A stretch of 58,293 nucleotides of DNA from contig CAMBBO010000001.1 in the NCBI GenBank assembly GCA_945862935.1, positions 1-58,293 on the forward strand, read 5' to 3'. How positions within the stretch are numbered: the stretch's first letter is position 1; every line of letters starts with the position of its first letter. The notes below the pieces were generated by a model, which saw only the letters and a program-made list of their open reading frames with translations, had not been told where the DNA came from and did not search any database. This DNA comes from Pseudorhodoplanes sinuspersici (GTDB taxonomy: Bacteria; Pseudomonadota; Alphaproteobacteria; Rhizobiales; Xanthobacteraceae). Of this stretch, positions 1-7,692 are shown one piece after another. A program made the position numbers and the translations under genes.

Positions 1-1
1 C

Positions 2-1450
2 CACCTTCGCGATGTTGCGCGCTGTCAGCACCTCTGGATTGCCCAAAGGCTCCGAAAGCTGAAAGCGCGCGCAGCTACGCAGGATCGCCGACAGCATGTT
101 CACAAGGGTACGGTCGTCGTGAATGGCTTTGCGCGCCTGTTCCAGCGCCGGAGCGAAATCCAGAAAATCGCTGATGAACGTGCCCAGCCCAAACCCGCCA
201 AAGCGGGAATGCGACGCGTAGACGATCGGCCGCTGCAGGACCAAGGTTTCGACAATGGCCGTTCCGCTCAATGTCACCGTCGCCCGCGCCCGGCGCGCCA
301 GAGTGTTCACGCTCACAGACGGATCGACGAACCGAATGTTCGGATATTTCTCGCTTAACTGCTTGAAGAACGTCCAGGGACGCTGGCCGAGCATTGCCGG
401 ATGCTCTTTGAGAACCAGTTTGCAGCCCCACGGCAATTGCCTGACGATCATGTCGATGAAGGACACTTGATCGAGCTGGCTGAGAACCAATGTTGCGATT
501 TCGGGTTCGTATTGAAGCGGCAGAAACACGAAATCCGTTCCGATTTCGTCGAGGCTTTTGAAAAACCCCAAAGTCTTTTTGCGATTGCGGCGCAGCCGCA
601 TGATTCCTGCCAATCGCTGCAACGGATTGGAAAGCGTCGGATCCTTGCGATCATGCCGCCAGTAGTTTTGCAAATACCGGGCGTAATGCCTCACCTTGCG
701 TATGCTCGGCAGCGCAAATTTCTGCTTTTCCAGACCGACCGCAATGTTGCGATAGGCGCTATCACCTTCCCGAATGCGCGCAATAAATTCTTCAGCCCAT
801 TTCTTTTCGGACGCACTCGGCTGCGCGGAACCATCCTGCATGGAGCGAAACAGCGACCAGATGTCGTCGCAAAGAAAATAGGGATTGTCGTAGAAATAGA
901 AGAGATCCTCGATTCCGAAATGGAATGGGATGAAAACGCGCACGCCCTTCTCTTTCATCACCAGATAAAGAAGATGCGTGAATTGCGACGCGACGCCGTC
1001 GAAAACAAATATGTCGGGCTTTTCCCGATCGATGTATTCGCGAAAAGCGCGAATAAGATAGATGTAGAGCGGGATCAGTTCGTCGTAGCTCCAGCGGTTA
1101 AGGAAGCGATCCGAATAGGCAACGCGCGCCAGCCGGTGTTTCTCGTCAAACGCGCGAAAATCGGCGAGTTCCTCTGCACTCGGCGTATATTTTCGCCCTT
1201 CCGCGACAAGGTCGTAAAACTGAATCAGGTGCGCAGTCTTTGGCAACGATTTCGACGCGTAATCGAAATAACGCCCGTTCAGCACGATTCCGCTGACGGA
1301 GCTGCCTGGAATTCGCTTTGCCAATTCCTGATAAAGGGCGACGAAGCTGTAAGTCTGATCGTAGTCGAAAAGAAAACCGAAACGCGTGCCGCGCATGGCG
1401 GCGCCTGCACTCGTGCGTTCTCGATCCTTTACTTGCGGATTAAGCGTCAT
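2..1450 (-). CDS. Capsule polysaccharide biosynthesis protein, KpsS/KpsC-like (3' end beyond window)
   Basis: Not in the ORF track because it has no stop in the window. Manual translation from ATG 1450 (alt. 1396) is open to the edge: MTLNPQVKDRERTSAGAAMRGTRFGFLFDY...FVFLPLQYEPEIATLV...KLVLKEHPAMLGQRP...RATVTLSGTAIVETLVLQRPIV. PLQxxPE, KEHP and TxxGT motifs are typical of Capsule_synth proteins. Confidence 0.75.
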   Translation of the reverse strand, partial: MTLNPQVKDRERTSAGAAMRGTRFGFLFDYDQTYSFVALYQELAKRIPGSSVSGIVLNGRYFDYASKSLPKTAHLIQFYDLVAEGRKYTPSAEELADFRAFDEKHRLARVAYSDRFLNRWSYDELIPLYIYLIRAFREYIDREKPDIFVFDGVASQFTHLLYLVMKEKGVRVFIPFHFGIEDLFYFYDNPYFLCDDIWSLFRSMQDGSAQPSASEKKWAEEFIARIREGDSAYRNIAVGLEKQKFALPSIRKVRHYARYLQNYWRHDRKDPTLSNPLQRLAGIMRLRRNRKKTLGFFKSLDEIGTDFVFLPLQYEPEIATLVLSQLDQVSFIDMIVRQLPWGCKLVLKEHPAMLGQRPWTFFKQLSEKYPNIRFVDPSVSVNTLARRARATVTLSGTAIVETLVLQRPIVYASHSRFGGFGLGTFISDFLDFAPALEQARKAIHDDRTLVNMLSAILRSCARFQLSEPLGNPEVLTARNIAKV

Positions 1451-1476
1451 GACGGATGAGTGATTTTTTGATCGTC

Positions 1477-1488
1477 CACGCTACCGCA
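1477..1488 (-). promoter_or_regulatory. ops-like element (RfaH loading site)
   Basis: Minus strand TGCGGTAGCGTG matches 11/12 nt of the enterobacterial ops GGCGGTAGCGTG. It lies in the correct orientation between the rfaH-like gene and the capsule gene. Confidence 0.65.
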
Positions 1489-1549
1489 CTCAGGGTGAAA
1501 TTGAGATCACCCCGGCACAGAAGCTATTCAGTATGAGGTACGTCTGGCT

Positions 1550-2056
1550 TTAAGCGGCCGCGACGGATTCAATATCCGCCAATACTCGTACCTTGCGTCC
1601 CAGCATATCGAGCAGAATGGCGACGCGTTCGCGATCCGCCATTCCCTCGTAAATTCCGTAGCAACTCGAAAATACACCGTCGAGCAGGCGCAATTTTTCG
1701 CCTACCGCATAACGCGGCTTTGCTTCCAGATGGATGAAGCCATTCTCGTTTTGCTGCCGCTGCAAACGGTCGATCACGTCGTGATCGACCGAAGCGGGCT
1801 CGTTTCCATTGCAGACCAGCCGCGAGACCCCGATGGTCGACTGGATCGAACGCCAGCGTTGCGTCGCCATATCGATGGCAACAAACAGATAGCGGGGGAA
1901 CAGCGGCGCAGGGAGCGTTTCGATCCTGCGCGCATGCCTGCGCCGTTTGAGGGTGCGCGGCAAATAAGTTGTAAAGCCCTGACGTTGCAGGTGACTCACC
2001 GCCTTCATCTCGGCGTTAGCCTGCGTCTGCACGACATACCAGCCGTAAGAACTCAC
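1550..2056 (-). CDS. rfaH: NusG-paralog transcription antiterminator, RfaH-like
   Basis: WYVVQT..E.KA..HLQRQG, PLFPRYLFV, IQSTIGVSRLV (NGN domain); C-terminal KOW (GEKLRLLDGVF..RVAILLDMLGR); located in a polysaccharide cluster. Confidence 0.85.
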   Translation of the reverse strand: MSSYGWYVVQTQANAEMKAVSHLQRQGFTTYLPRTLKRRRHARRIETLPAPLFPRYLFVAIDMATQRWRSIQSTIGVSRLVCNGNEPASVDHDVIDRLQRQQNENGFIHLEAKPRYAVGEKLRLLDGVFSSCYGIYEGMADRERVAILLDMLGRKVRVLADIESVAAA

Positions 2057-2724
2057 AACGCATCTCCCACTTTGTCGGTCCGCACGTGGAGCACATGCGG
2101 GATAAGCACACGGGCCGCACCGAAACGCTCGATTGCTTCGGCCGCAGCAACTTGCGGCTCCACGAGGTCGGCAATCACCACCGCATCAAATTGGACCTGA
2201 ACAGCTTCGAAGGACGTGAACATCGGAAAGCGCATGAGTTGCGGCGCATCCGCCCGAGGATCCATCACGCCGACGATCTCAATTTCGCAATCGTGCGCGC
2301 AAATCGCCGCGATCTCCGCAAGTTCAGACCGCCCGACAAGGATCAGGCGCGTCAGCCCTTGCGATCGCGCACCCTCGAACAGACGGATGCAGTCGGCCTT
2401 CGCCTCGCGGAAAAATGAGAATGAATAGGAAAGGTATTGCACCGTCAGCCGCGACTTTTCCGAAAAGCCGCGCGGCGTCAGGTAATAGGCGTAGCGGCCT
2501 GCCGGCGCCTGCGTGACCTTCAGCCAGCCCTTGTTGATGCAGCGCTTGACGTAGGCGTTTACGAGCCCGAGTGCGATGCCGAGTTCCGAGGCCAGATGCC
2601 GCTGCGAGCGCATGCCGTCGCGTTCGACAGATTCCAGCAGCCCCAAAGTAATGCCGGGATCGGCGGCTTCTTCCCCGGCAGAACTCCCCGGGGATATGGT
2701 CGACAACTGGGACATCGACCCCAC
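2053..2724 (-). CDS. EPS-associated MarR-family transcriptional regulator with C-terminal Rossmann-like domain
   Basis: SQRHLASELGIALGLVNAYVKRCINKG..YAYYLTPRGFSEKSRLT signature; true start may be ATG 2715; 4-nt overlap with the rfaH-like gene. Confidence 0.85.
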   Translation of the reverse strand: MGSMSQLSTISPGSSAGEEAADPGITLGLLESVERDGMRSQRHLASELGIALGLVNAYVKRCINKGWLKVTQAPAGRYAYYLTPRGFSEKSRLTVQYLSYSFSFFREAKADCIRLFEGARSQGLTRLILVGRSELAEIAAICAHDCEIEIVGVMDPRADAPQLMRFPMFTSFEAVQVQFDAVVIADLVEPQVAAAEAIERFGAARVLIPHVLHVRTDKVGDAL

Positions 2725-2731
2725 GCTAGCC

Positions 2732-2774
2732 CGTTCACCGGATGAACGTCAAGAAATCCGTTCACATCATGAAC
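2732..2774. promoter_or_regulatory. Two GTTCA-N5-TGAAC palindromes, probable MarR autoregulatory operators
   Basis: GTTCAccggaTGAAC at 2733-2747 and GTTCAcatcaTGAAC at 2760-2774, immediately upstream of the MarR gene. Confidence 0.7.
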
Positions 2775-2794
2775 AGGATAAACTATTGTAATTA

Positions 2795-3640
2795 TTACAC
2801 TTTTGAATCAGACCTGCTCTGGAACAGGTACTCGTCGCAGCCGGACCCAAACAGGCCAAGCGAAAAGCCGCGAGTAAACGATCGGACTGGCAGAAACCCA
2901 AGGCGCTCCATCATCGCTTCGGCCGTCGCGGGGCGGATGGACTCATACGGGTATCCGCCCATCCAGTCGTGGATGTCGTTAATGTAGTCCATGCCGCGAT
3001 TGCTGCGGTAGTCGCGGACATAGGCCGCAAAATCCCGGCCGGTCGCGGCGAACGCAAGCCGCATCGCACCCCGGAAAAGCGCGCGGGCAGCTTCCTGCGC
3101 CTTTGCGGACGCTGAAGTGTACCACCGCTTCTCGATGGTCCATGCCCAGCACAAAGCTGTCTTGCGGTAGAGCGCGAGGGCGAACATCCCGCCGGGCGCA
3201 ACCCGCGATGCCGCGTTGGCAATGGCGACATCCATAGCACCGGTGTGATGCAGCACGCCCCATGAATAGACGATGTCGAACGAACCGAGTTTCTCCATAT
3301 ACGCGGCATCGAGAACCGATCCCCGCTCGACGATCCAGTCCGCGTCATTGGCGAAGTAACGCTCGCGCAGACTCTTCGTGCAGGCGACCGAATCCGGATC
3401 GAAATCGAACGAGTGAACGCGCGCGCCGAGCCGCCGCGCGGCAAGCGACGACAATCCGCTTCCCGATCCGATGTCAAGGAAAGTCAGACCATCCAGTTGT
3501 TCCCGTCCCAGCAGGCGTTGCAGCCCCGCTTCGGCTTCCGCGATCTGGCCGGCATCGAGCCCTTTCAGGAACTCGCGCCAGTTCGCGCCAAATCCGAAGC
3601 GGCGCTCGGTATCGTCGGCATGGCTCAGTTGCGAGGACAT
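2795..3640 (-). CDS. Class I SAM-dependent methyltransferase (polysaccharide-cluster type)
   Basis: FLDIGSGSG motif I, FDIVYSWGVLHH, N-terminal RFGFGANW. Confidence 0.85.
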   Translation of the reverse strand: MSSQLSHADDTERRFGFGANWREFLKGLDAGQIAEAEAGLQRLLGREQLDGLTFLDIGSGSGLSSLAARRLGARVHSFDFDPDSVACTKSLRERYFANDADWIVERGSVLDAAYMEKLGSFDIVYSWGVLHHTGAMDVAIANAASRVAPGGMFALALYRKTALCWAWTIEKRWYTSASAKAQEAARALFRGAMRLAFAATGRDFAAYVRDYRSNRGMDYINDIHDWMGGYPYESIRPATAEAMMERLGFLPVRSFTRGFSLGLFGSGCDEYLFQSRSDSKV

Positions 3641-3749
3641 ATCTTCACCGGTAAACGTGCATCTCGGGCGAATTCATAAGGGCTTGCTCGGCCAAGTGCC
3701 ATAGTGCTCCGGGCGCCACTTCGTTCGCAGGACTTCGATAAGAGACCGC

Positions 3750-4757
3750 ATGAACGGCAATGCCGCCCTTTGGATGTCCGTGCTGACTGCTGCCGCTACG
3801 CTCGCGGCCGCTCTCATTTATCTCCTGCACCCGCTGCTGCGCCGCTACGCCCTCGCCCGGCCGAATGCGCGCTCCTCGCACAAGGCGCCGACGCCGCAGG
3901 GCGGAGGCCTTGCCGTGATTGCTGCAACCACCATCACAACATTCGCGGCTGTGGCGATGACCGGATTGCCTCTCGCGCCGGCGATTGCCGTTTTCGCCGC
4001 AACCGCATTCATCGCCGCCATCGGCATGATCGACGACATCTGGACCATCACTATTCTTCCGCGTCTTGCGGCGCAGGCCGCCGCCATTGCCATCGTGATG
4101 GCGGCGATGCCGCACGACCTGCGCGTCATCCAAAGCCTGCCGTGGTGGCCGGAACGACTCCTCCTGCTCGTCGCCGCCTTGTGGTTCGTCAATCTGGTCA
4201 ACTTCATGGACGGGATCGACTGGATCACGGTCGCCGAAGTCGTGCCTGTCGCGGCGGGGCTGGCTGTGCTCGGCGCTCTTGGCGCGCTTCCGGATTATGC
4301 AACCATCATCGCAGTTGCGCTGCTCGGCGCGATGATCGGGTTTGCGCCGTTCAACAAGCCGGTCGCACGGCTTTTTCTGGGCGACGTCGGGAGTCTGCCG
4401 ATTGGCTTGCTTCTGTCGCTCCTGCTGATCCTGCTCGCCGGTGCGGGTCACATCGCAGCCGCCCTGCTCTTGCCGCTTTACTATCTTGCCGATGCGACGA
4501 TCACTCTCGCGCGGCGCATCCTTCGCCAGGAGAAATTCTGGAACGCGCACCGAAGCCACTTCTACCAGATCGCACTCGACCGCGGCATGCCAGTGCGCAC
4601 CATCGTCCTGCGCGTGTTCGTCTTAAACATCGCGCTAGTTGGGCTCGCGCTGATATCGACTCTCATCAATTCGGCCCCGACCGATATCGCCTGCCTCGCC
4701 ACAGGTGCTGTGCTGGTCGCAGTCCTGCTCAAGAACCTTTCACGGAGCGGCCGTTGA
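3750..4757 (+). CDS. Glycosyltransferase family 4 (MraY/WecA-like polyprenyl-phosphate N-acetylhexosamine-1-P transferase)
   Basis: RSSH.PTPQGGG, GMIDD, NLVNFMDGID, FLGDVGS, AHRSHFYQ; multiple TM segments. Confidence 0.9.
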   Translation: MNGNAALWMSVLTAAATLAAALIYLLHPLLRRYALARPNARSSHKAPTPQGGGLAVIAATTITTFAAVAMTGLPLAPAIAVFAATAFIAAIGMIDDIWTITILPRLAAQAAAIAIVMAAMPHDLRVIQSLPWWPERLLLLVAALWFVNLVNFMDGIDWITVAEVVPVAAGLAVLGALGALPDYATIIAVALLGAMIGFAPFNKPVARLFLGDVGSLPIGLLLSLLLILLAGAGHIAAALLLPLYYLADATITLARRILRQEKFWNAHRSHFYQIALDRGMPVRTIVLRVFVLNIALVGLALISTLINSAPTDIACLATGAVLVAVLLKNLSRSGR

Positions 4758-5710
4758 CCCGCGTTCTTGTCACAGGAGCCTCGGGATTTGTCGGCCGCGC
4801 GCTCGTCAATGCGCTTGCATCGCAGGGGCATTTCGTTCGCGCCGCCATGCGCCAGCCTGCCGACGTGTTTCCACGAGAGGTGGAGGTCGTCGCGGTATCG
4901 GATCTCGCCCGTCCGATCGAATGGTGGCCGCTTCTCAAGAATGTCGACACCGTCGTGCATCTTGCGGGCATCGCGCATGCCGGAGCCCCAATCCCCGAAG
5001 AAACCTACGACCGCGTCAATCGTGCAGCGACCGCGGAACTTGCAGCGGCGGCGCGCAAGGCCGGCATTCGCCGCCTCGTCTTTGCGTCGTCCATTCGCGC
5101 GCAGAGCGGCCCGTCAGCCTCGCAGGAATTGACGGAAGAATTGCCGGCAGCGCCAACGGATGCCTACGGGCGTTCCAAACTTGCCGCCGAACAGGCCGTT
5201 CGCGAGTCCGGCACCGATTTCACGATTCTGCGGCCTGTGCTGGTTTACGGCGAGAACGTCAAAGGCAATCTCGCAACACTTCTGAAATTGGCCCAATCAC
5301 CGTGGCCTCTGCCACTATCGTTGTTCGGCAACCGGCGGTCCATCGTCGCGCGTGACAATCTTTTGTCCGCGATCCAGTTTTCACTTCATTCGGATGCAAC
5401 GGCGGGACACACCTTCATCGTCGCCGATCCCGCCTCACCAACGCTGGCCGAGATCGTCGCCATCTTGCGCGAAGCCTCGGGACGCCCGCGAAATCTCTTT
5501 CCAGTCCCGCCCTCGCTCATTGGAGCCACACTTAAAGCCGCCGGCCGGGGAGATATGTGGGAGCGAATGGGCTGCGCGCTGGTTGCGTCACCGGCCAAAT
5601 TGATCGCAGCAGGCTGGAAGCCGCCGGTCGAAACACGCAGCGGACTTGCAGCGATGGCTCAGGCCGCCTCGCCCCGAAAATCCGGCACCGCTTCGCGCAG
5701 CACGCGATAA
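4754..5710 (+). CDS. NAD-dependent epimerase/dehydratase
   Basis: C-terminal half of track ORF 3704-5710; TTG start overlaps the upstream TGA; VLVTGASGFVG, HLAG, YGRSK. Confidence 0.9.
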   Translation: MTRVLVTGASGFVGRALVNALASQGHFVRAAMRQPADVFPREVEVVAVSDLARPIEWWPLLKNVDTVVHLAGIAHAGAPIPEETYDRVNRAATAELAAAARKAGIRRLVFASSIRAQSGPSASQELTEELPAAPTDAYGRSKLAAEQAVRESGTDFTILRPVLVYGENVKGNLATLLKLAQSPWPLPLSLFGNRRSIVARDNLLSAIQFSLHSDATAGHTFIVADPASPTLAEIVAILREASGRPRNLFPVPPSLIGATLKAAGRGDMWERMGCALVASPAKLIAAGWKPPVETRSGLAAMAQAASPRKSGTASRSTR

Positions 5711-5768
5711 ATCGCGGTCTTTCGACTTTCGCCAGCGCGGGATCGAGCATGGCGGTCCATGCGCGCAT
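5641..5768. repeat. Left copy of duplicated epimerase/capD 3' overlap
   Basis: 5641-5709 matches 7564-7632 at 68/69 nt; degenerate similarity continues to ~5768. Confidence 0.9.
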
Positions 5769-5928
5769 AGACTGCCACGGTCTGCCGTCAATGACTCGGA
5801 TTTATCGGAAAGCATCAATGCGCCGTCGGCGCAATTGCGGATCACATGCCCGCAACTCGATGATGCTCCGTCCCGCCAAGCGCAACGCTCAAAATTGATT
5901 GAACATCCTTCAGATTCTAATGCGTCGA

Positions 5929-7476
5929 TTACTGTGGAAAGTCCAACGCCAAAACGGCTTCCCGCCGAACATCAGACCACCTACCACCGTGTGGTGCCCC
6001 CACAAAAAGGCGTATACCCGCCCCGCGCCGCACCCAGCAGCCACCGCGCCGCTTCGAACCAAACGTCCCAATCGATTCATTGGGCGGCAAAATCAATCGC
6101 AGCTTCACTGTGGTCGCATTTGGCGTCACGAACAATCTCAAAACGTCGGCACCAGAGATGACGGATAAAGCGCCACTTCCTTCTGAATAAAATGGTGCGC
6201 CGATTATGAGATCATCGATTCCGTCTCCATCAACGTCAACAGGAGGAATTAAAGACCAACCAAGCGCGCTATCGGCCAGCTTGGGCGAATAAAATAACAA
6301 GGATGCGTCATCGCTCTCTTCAAAAGTGCGCACCACAATTCCTGACATTATGAGTGGATTCCGATCGATATTAGCAAGCGTAATGACCGCATAATTCTTC
6401 GACATCCAATTCGCCAGCGATGCGCTTATGTCGAAGCTCGCGGTCCCATATTGTCCGGATAACTCAGCTGTGTCGAATATCGTCTTAATTTTAGGATTTG
6501 AATCAGCAGACAGAATGGCCCAGGCTTTGCCGGAGCGATGTGGAAGCTGCCACCATTTGGCGTCTGCATTCGATCCCGCAAAAACTAAAGTATTTCGATC
6601 GACAAGCGAAATCCCGAGGTTGCGACCAAAATCTAAAGCGTCCGCAGCCCATATAAATTGATCAGGACGCACGGCGATCGTTTCCGCATGATCCGGGACG
6701 GCAAGAATCGCGACGCTTCCGGCACGCTCCGATAGGCCGCCTTGTTGGGAGATCATCAACCGCCCTCCCGATTTTTCGGTGTGAGGGCTGATTACAACAG
6801 AGAACCCAAATTCGACCGCATCTGCAGGGGGATCAAACCGGGTGTGTGGAATTTCGGAGAGATTTATGCGCCGCTGTCCTTTTCGAAAAAGCTCAGCCAA
6901 GGTCGTCCCATCAAAAAAATAGGCACGCCCGTGATGCTGATTGTCGAATCGTGCTCCGACCAAGACATCGGGCAAACCGTCCCCGTCGGCATCCTTGATA
7001 TCGATTTCGTGCCCAAACCACGCGCCAGCATCACCGTCGAACGAAATCTCTAAAATTCGACGAGCATCGATTACACCTCGAGCGACATCGGAAGAAAGGA
7101 TGAATACGCTGCCCCGTCCTTCGTTTGTCTTGTACGCTGTCCACGCAACCTCGGCTCCGTAAGCAACAGATGGCGCGCGCAATGCACACGCAAGAGAGTA
7201 TCCAAAAAATGTGTCGTGGTCATAGGCGGCTGGAATTATTTGATGCTGGTGCACGCGCCAATTTTCAGGGAGTAATTCAATCGACCTGAAACGATACCGC
7301 AAAAGCTTGCCCGAGGTCATGAACTTCGAGTCTGCACCGCGAAGAGACTTCGCCGAGGCCAACTCATTCGGCCTGTTGTGGTGAACTAAAAAAACAACAA
7401 TGCCCGCCAAAACCACAAGACATGAAAGTATGAATATTTTTGTCCGTAGAAGCATCGAATTTACCTCGCAGATCAC
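5929..7476 (-). CDS. FG-GAP repeat (integrin-alpha beta-propeller-like) membrane-anchored/secreted protein
   Basis: N-terminal TM (IFILSCLVVLAGIVVFLV); WFGHEI..DADGDGLPDVLVGA, LGWSL..DVDGDGIDDLIIGAP, FFGYSLA, EFGFSV, LFVGAP; alt start ATG 7455; more AT-rich than flanks. Confidence 0.75.
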   Translation of the reverse strand: MICEVNSMLLRTKIFILSCLVVLAGIVVFLVHHNRPNELASAKSLRGADSKFMTSGKLLRYRFRSIELLPENWRVHQHQIIPAAYDHDTFFGYSLACALRAPSVAYGAEVAWTAYKTNEGRGSVFILSSDVARGVIDARRILEISFDGDAGAWFGHEIDIKDADGDGLPDVLVGARFDNQHHGRAYFFDGTTLAELFRKGQRRINLSEIPHTRFDPPADAVEFGFSVVISPHTEKSGGRLMISQQGGLSERAGSVAILAVPDHAETIAVRPDQFIWAADALDFGRNLGISLVDRNTLVFAGSNADAKWWQLPHRSGKAWAILSADSNPKIKTIFDTAELSGQYGTASFDISASLANWMSKNYAVITLANIDRNPLIMSGIVVRTFEESDDASLLFYSPKLADSALGWSLIPPVDVDGDGIDDLIIGAPFYSEGSGALSVISGADVLRLFVTPNATTVKLRLILPPNESIGTFGSKRRGGCWVRRGAGIRLFVGAPHGGRWSDVRREAVLALDFPQ

Positions 7477-7563
7477 ACAATCTCCACAGCTGGCTAGGAC
7501 AATTCCGCGCCAAAGATTGCGGACGAAATTATTAGCGCGAACGCAAAACCTTTCAATAGGAAA

Positions 7564-7692
7564 CGGACTTGCCGCGATGGCTCAGGCCGCCTCGCCCCGA
7601 AAATCCGGCACCGCTTCGCGCAGCACGCGATAGATCGCTGTCCTGTCGTCCTTTGCAAGCGCAGATTCAAGCATGGCAATCCACGCACGAAT
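7564..7692. repeat. Right copy of duplicated epimerase/capD 3' overlap
   Basis: Contains the intact capD 3' end and an orphan copy of the epimerase C-terminus (GLAAMAQAASPRKSGTASRSTR*). Confidence 0.9.

Noticed and set aside
401-1459. 352-aa plus-strand ORF
   Set aside because: Antisense shadow of the real minus-strand capsule gene; no recognisable motifs.
3704-4753. Apparent 668-aa fusion ORF
   Set aside because: The N-terminal half is an off-frame read of the WecA-like gene; the real epimerase starts at TTG 4754.
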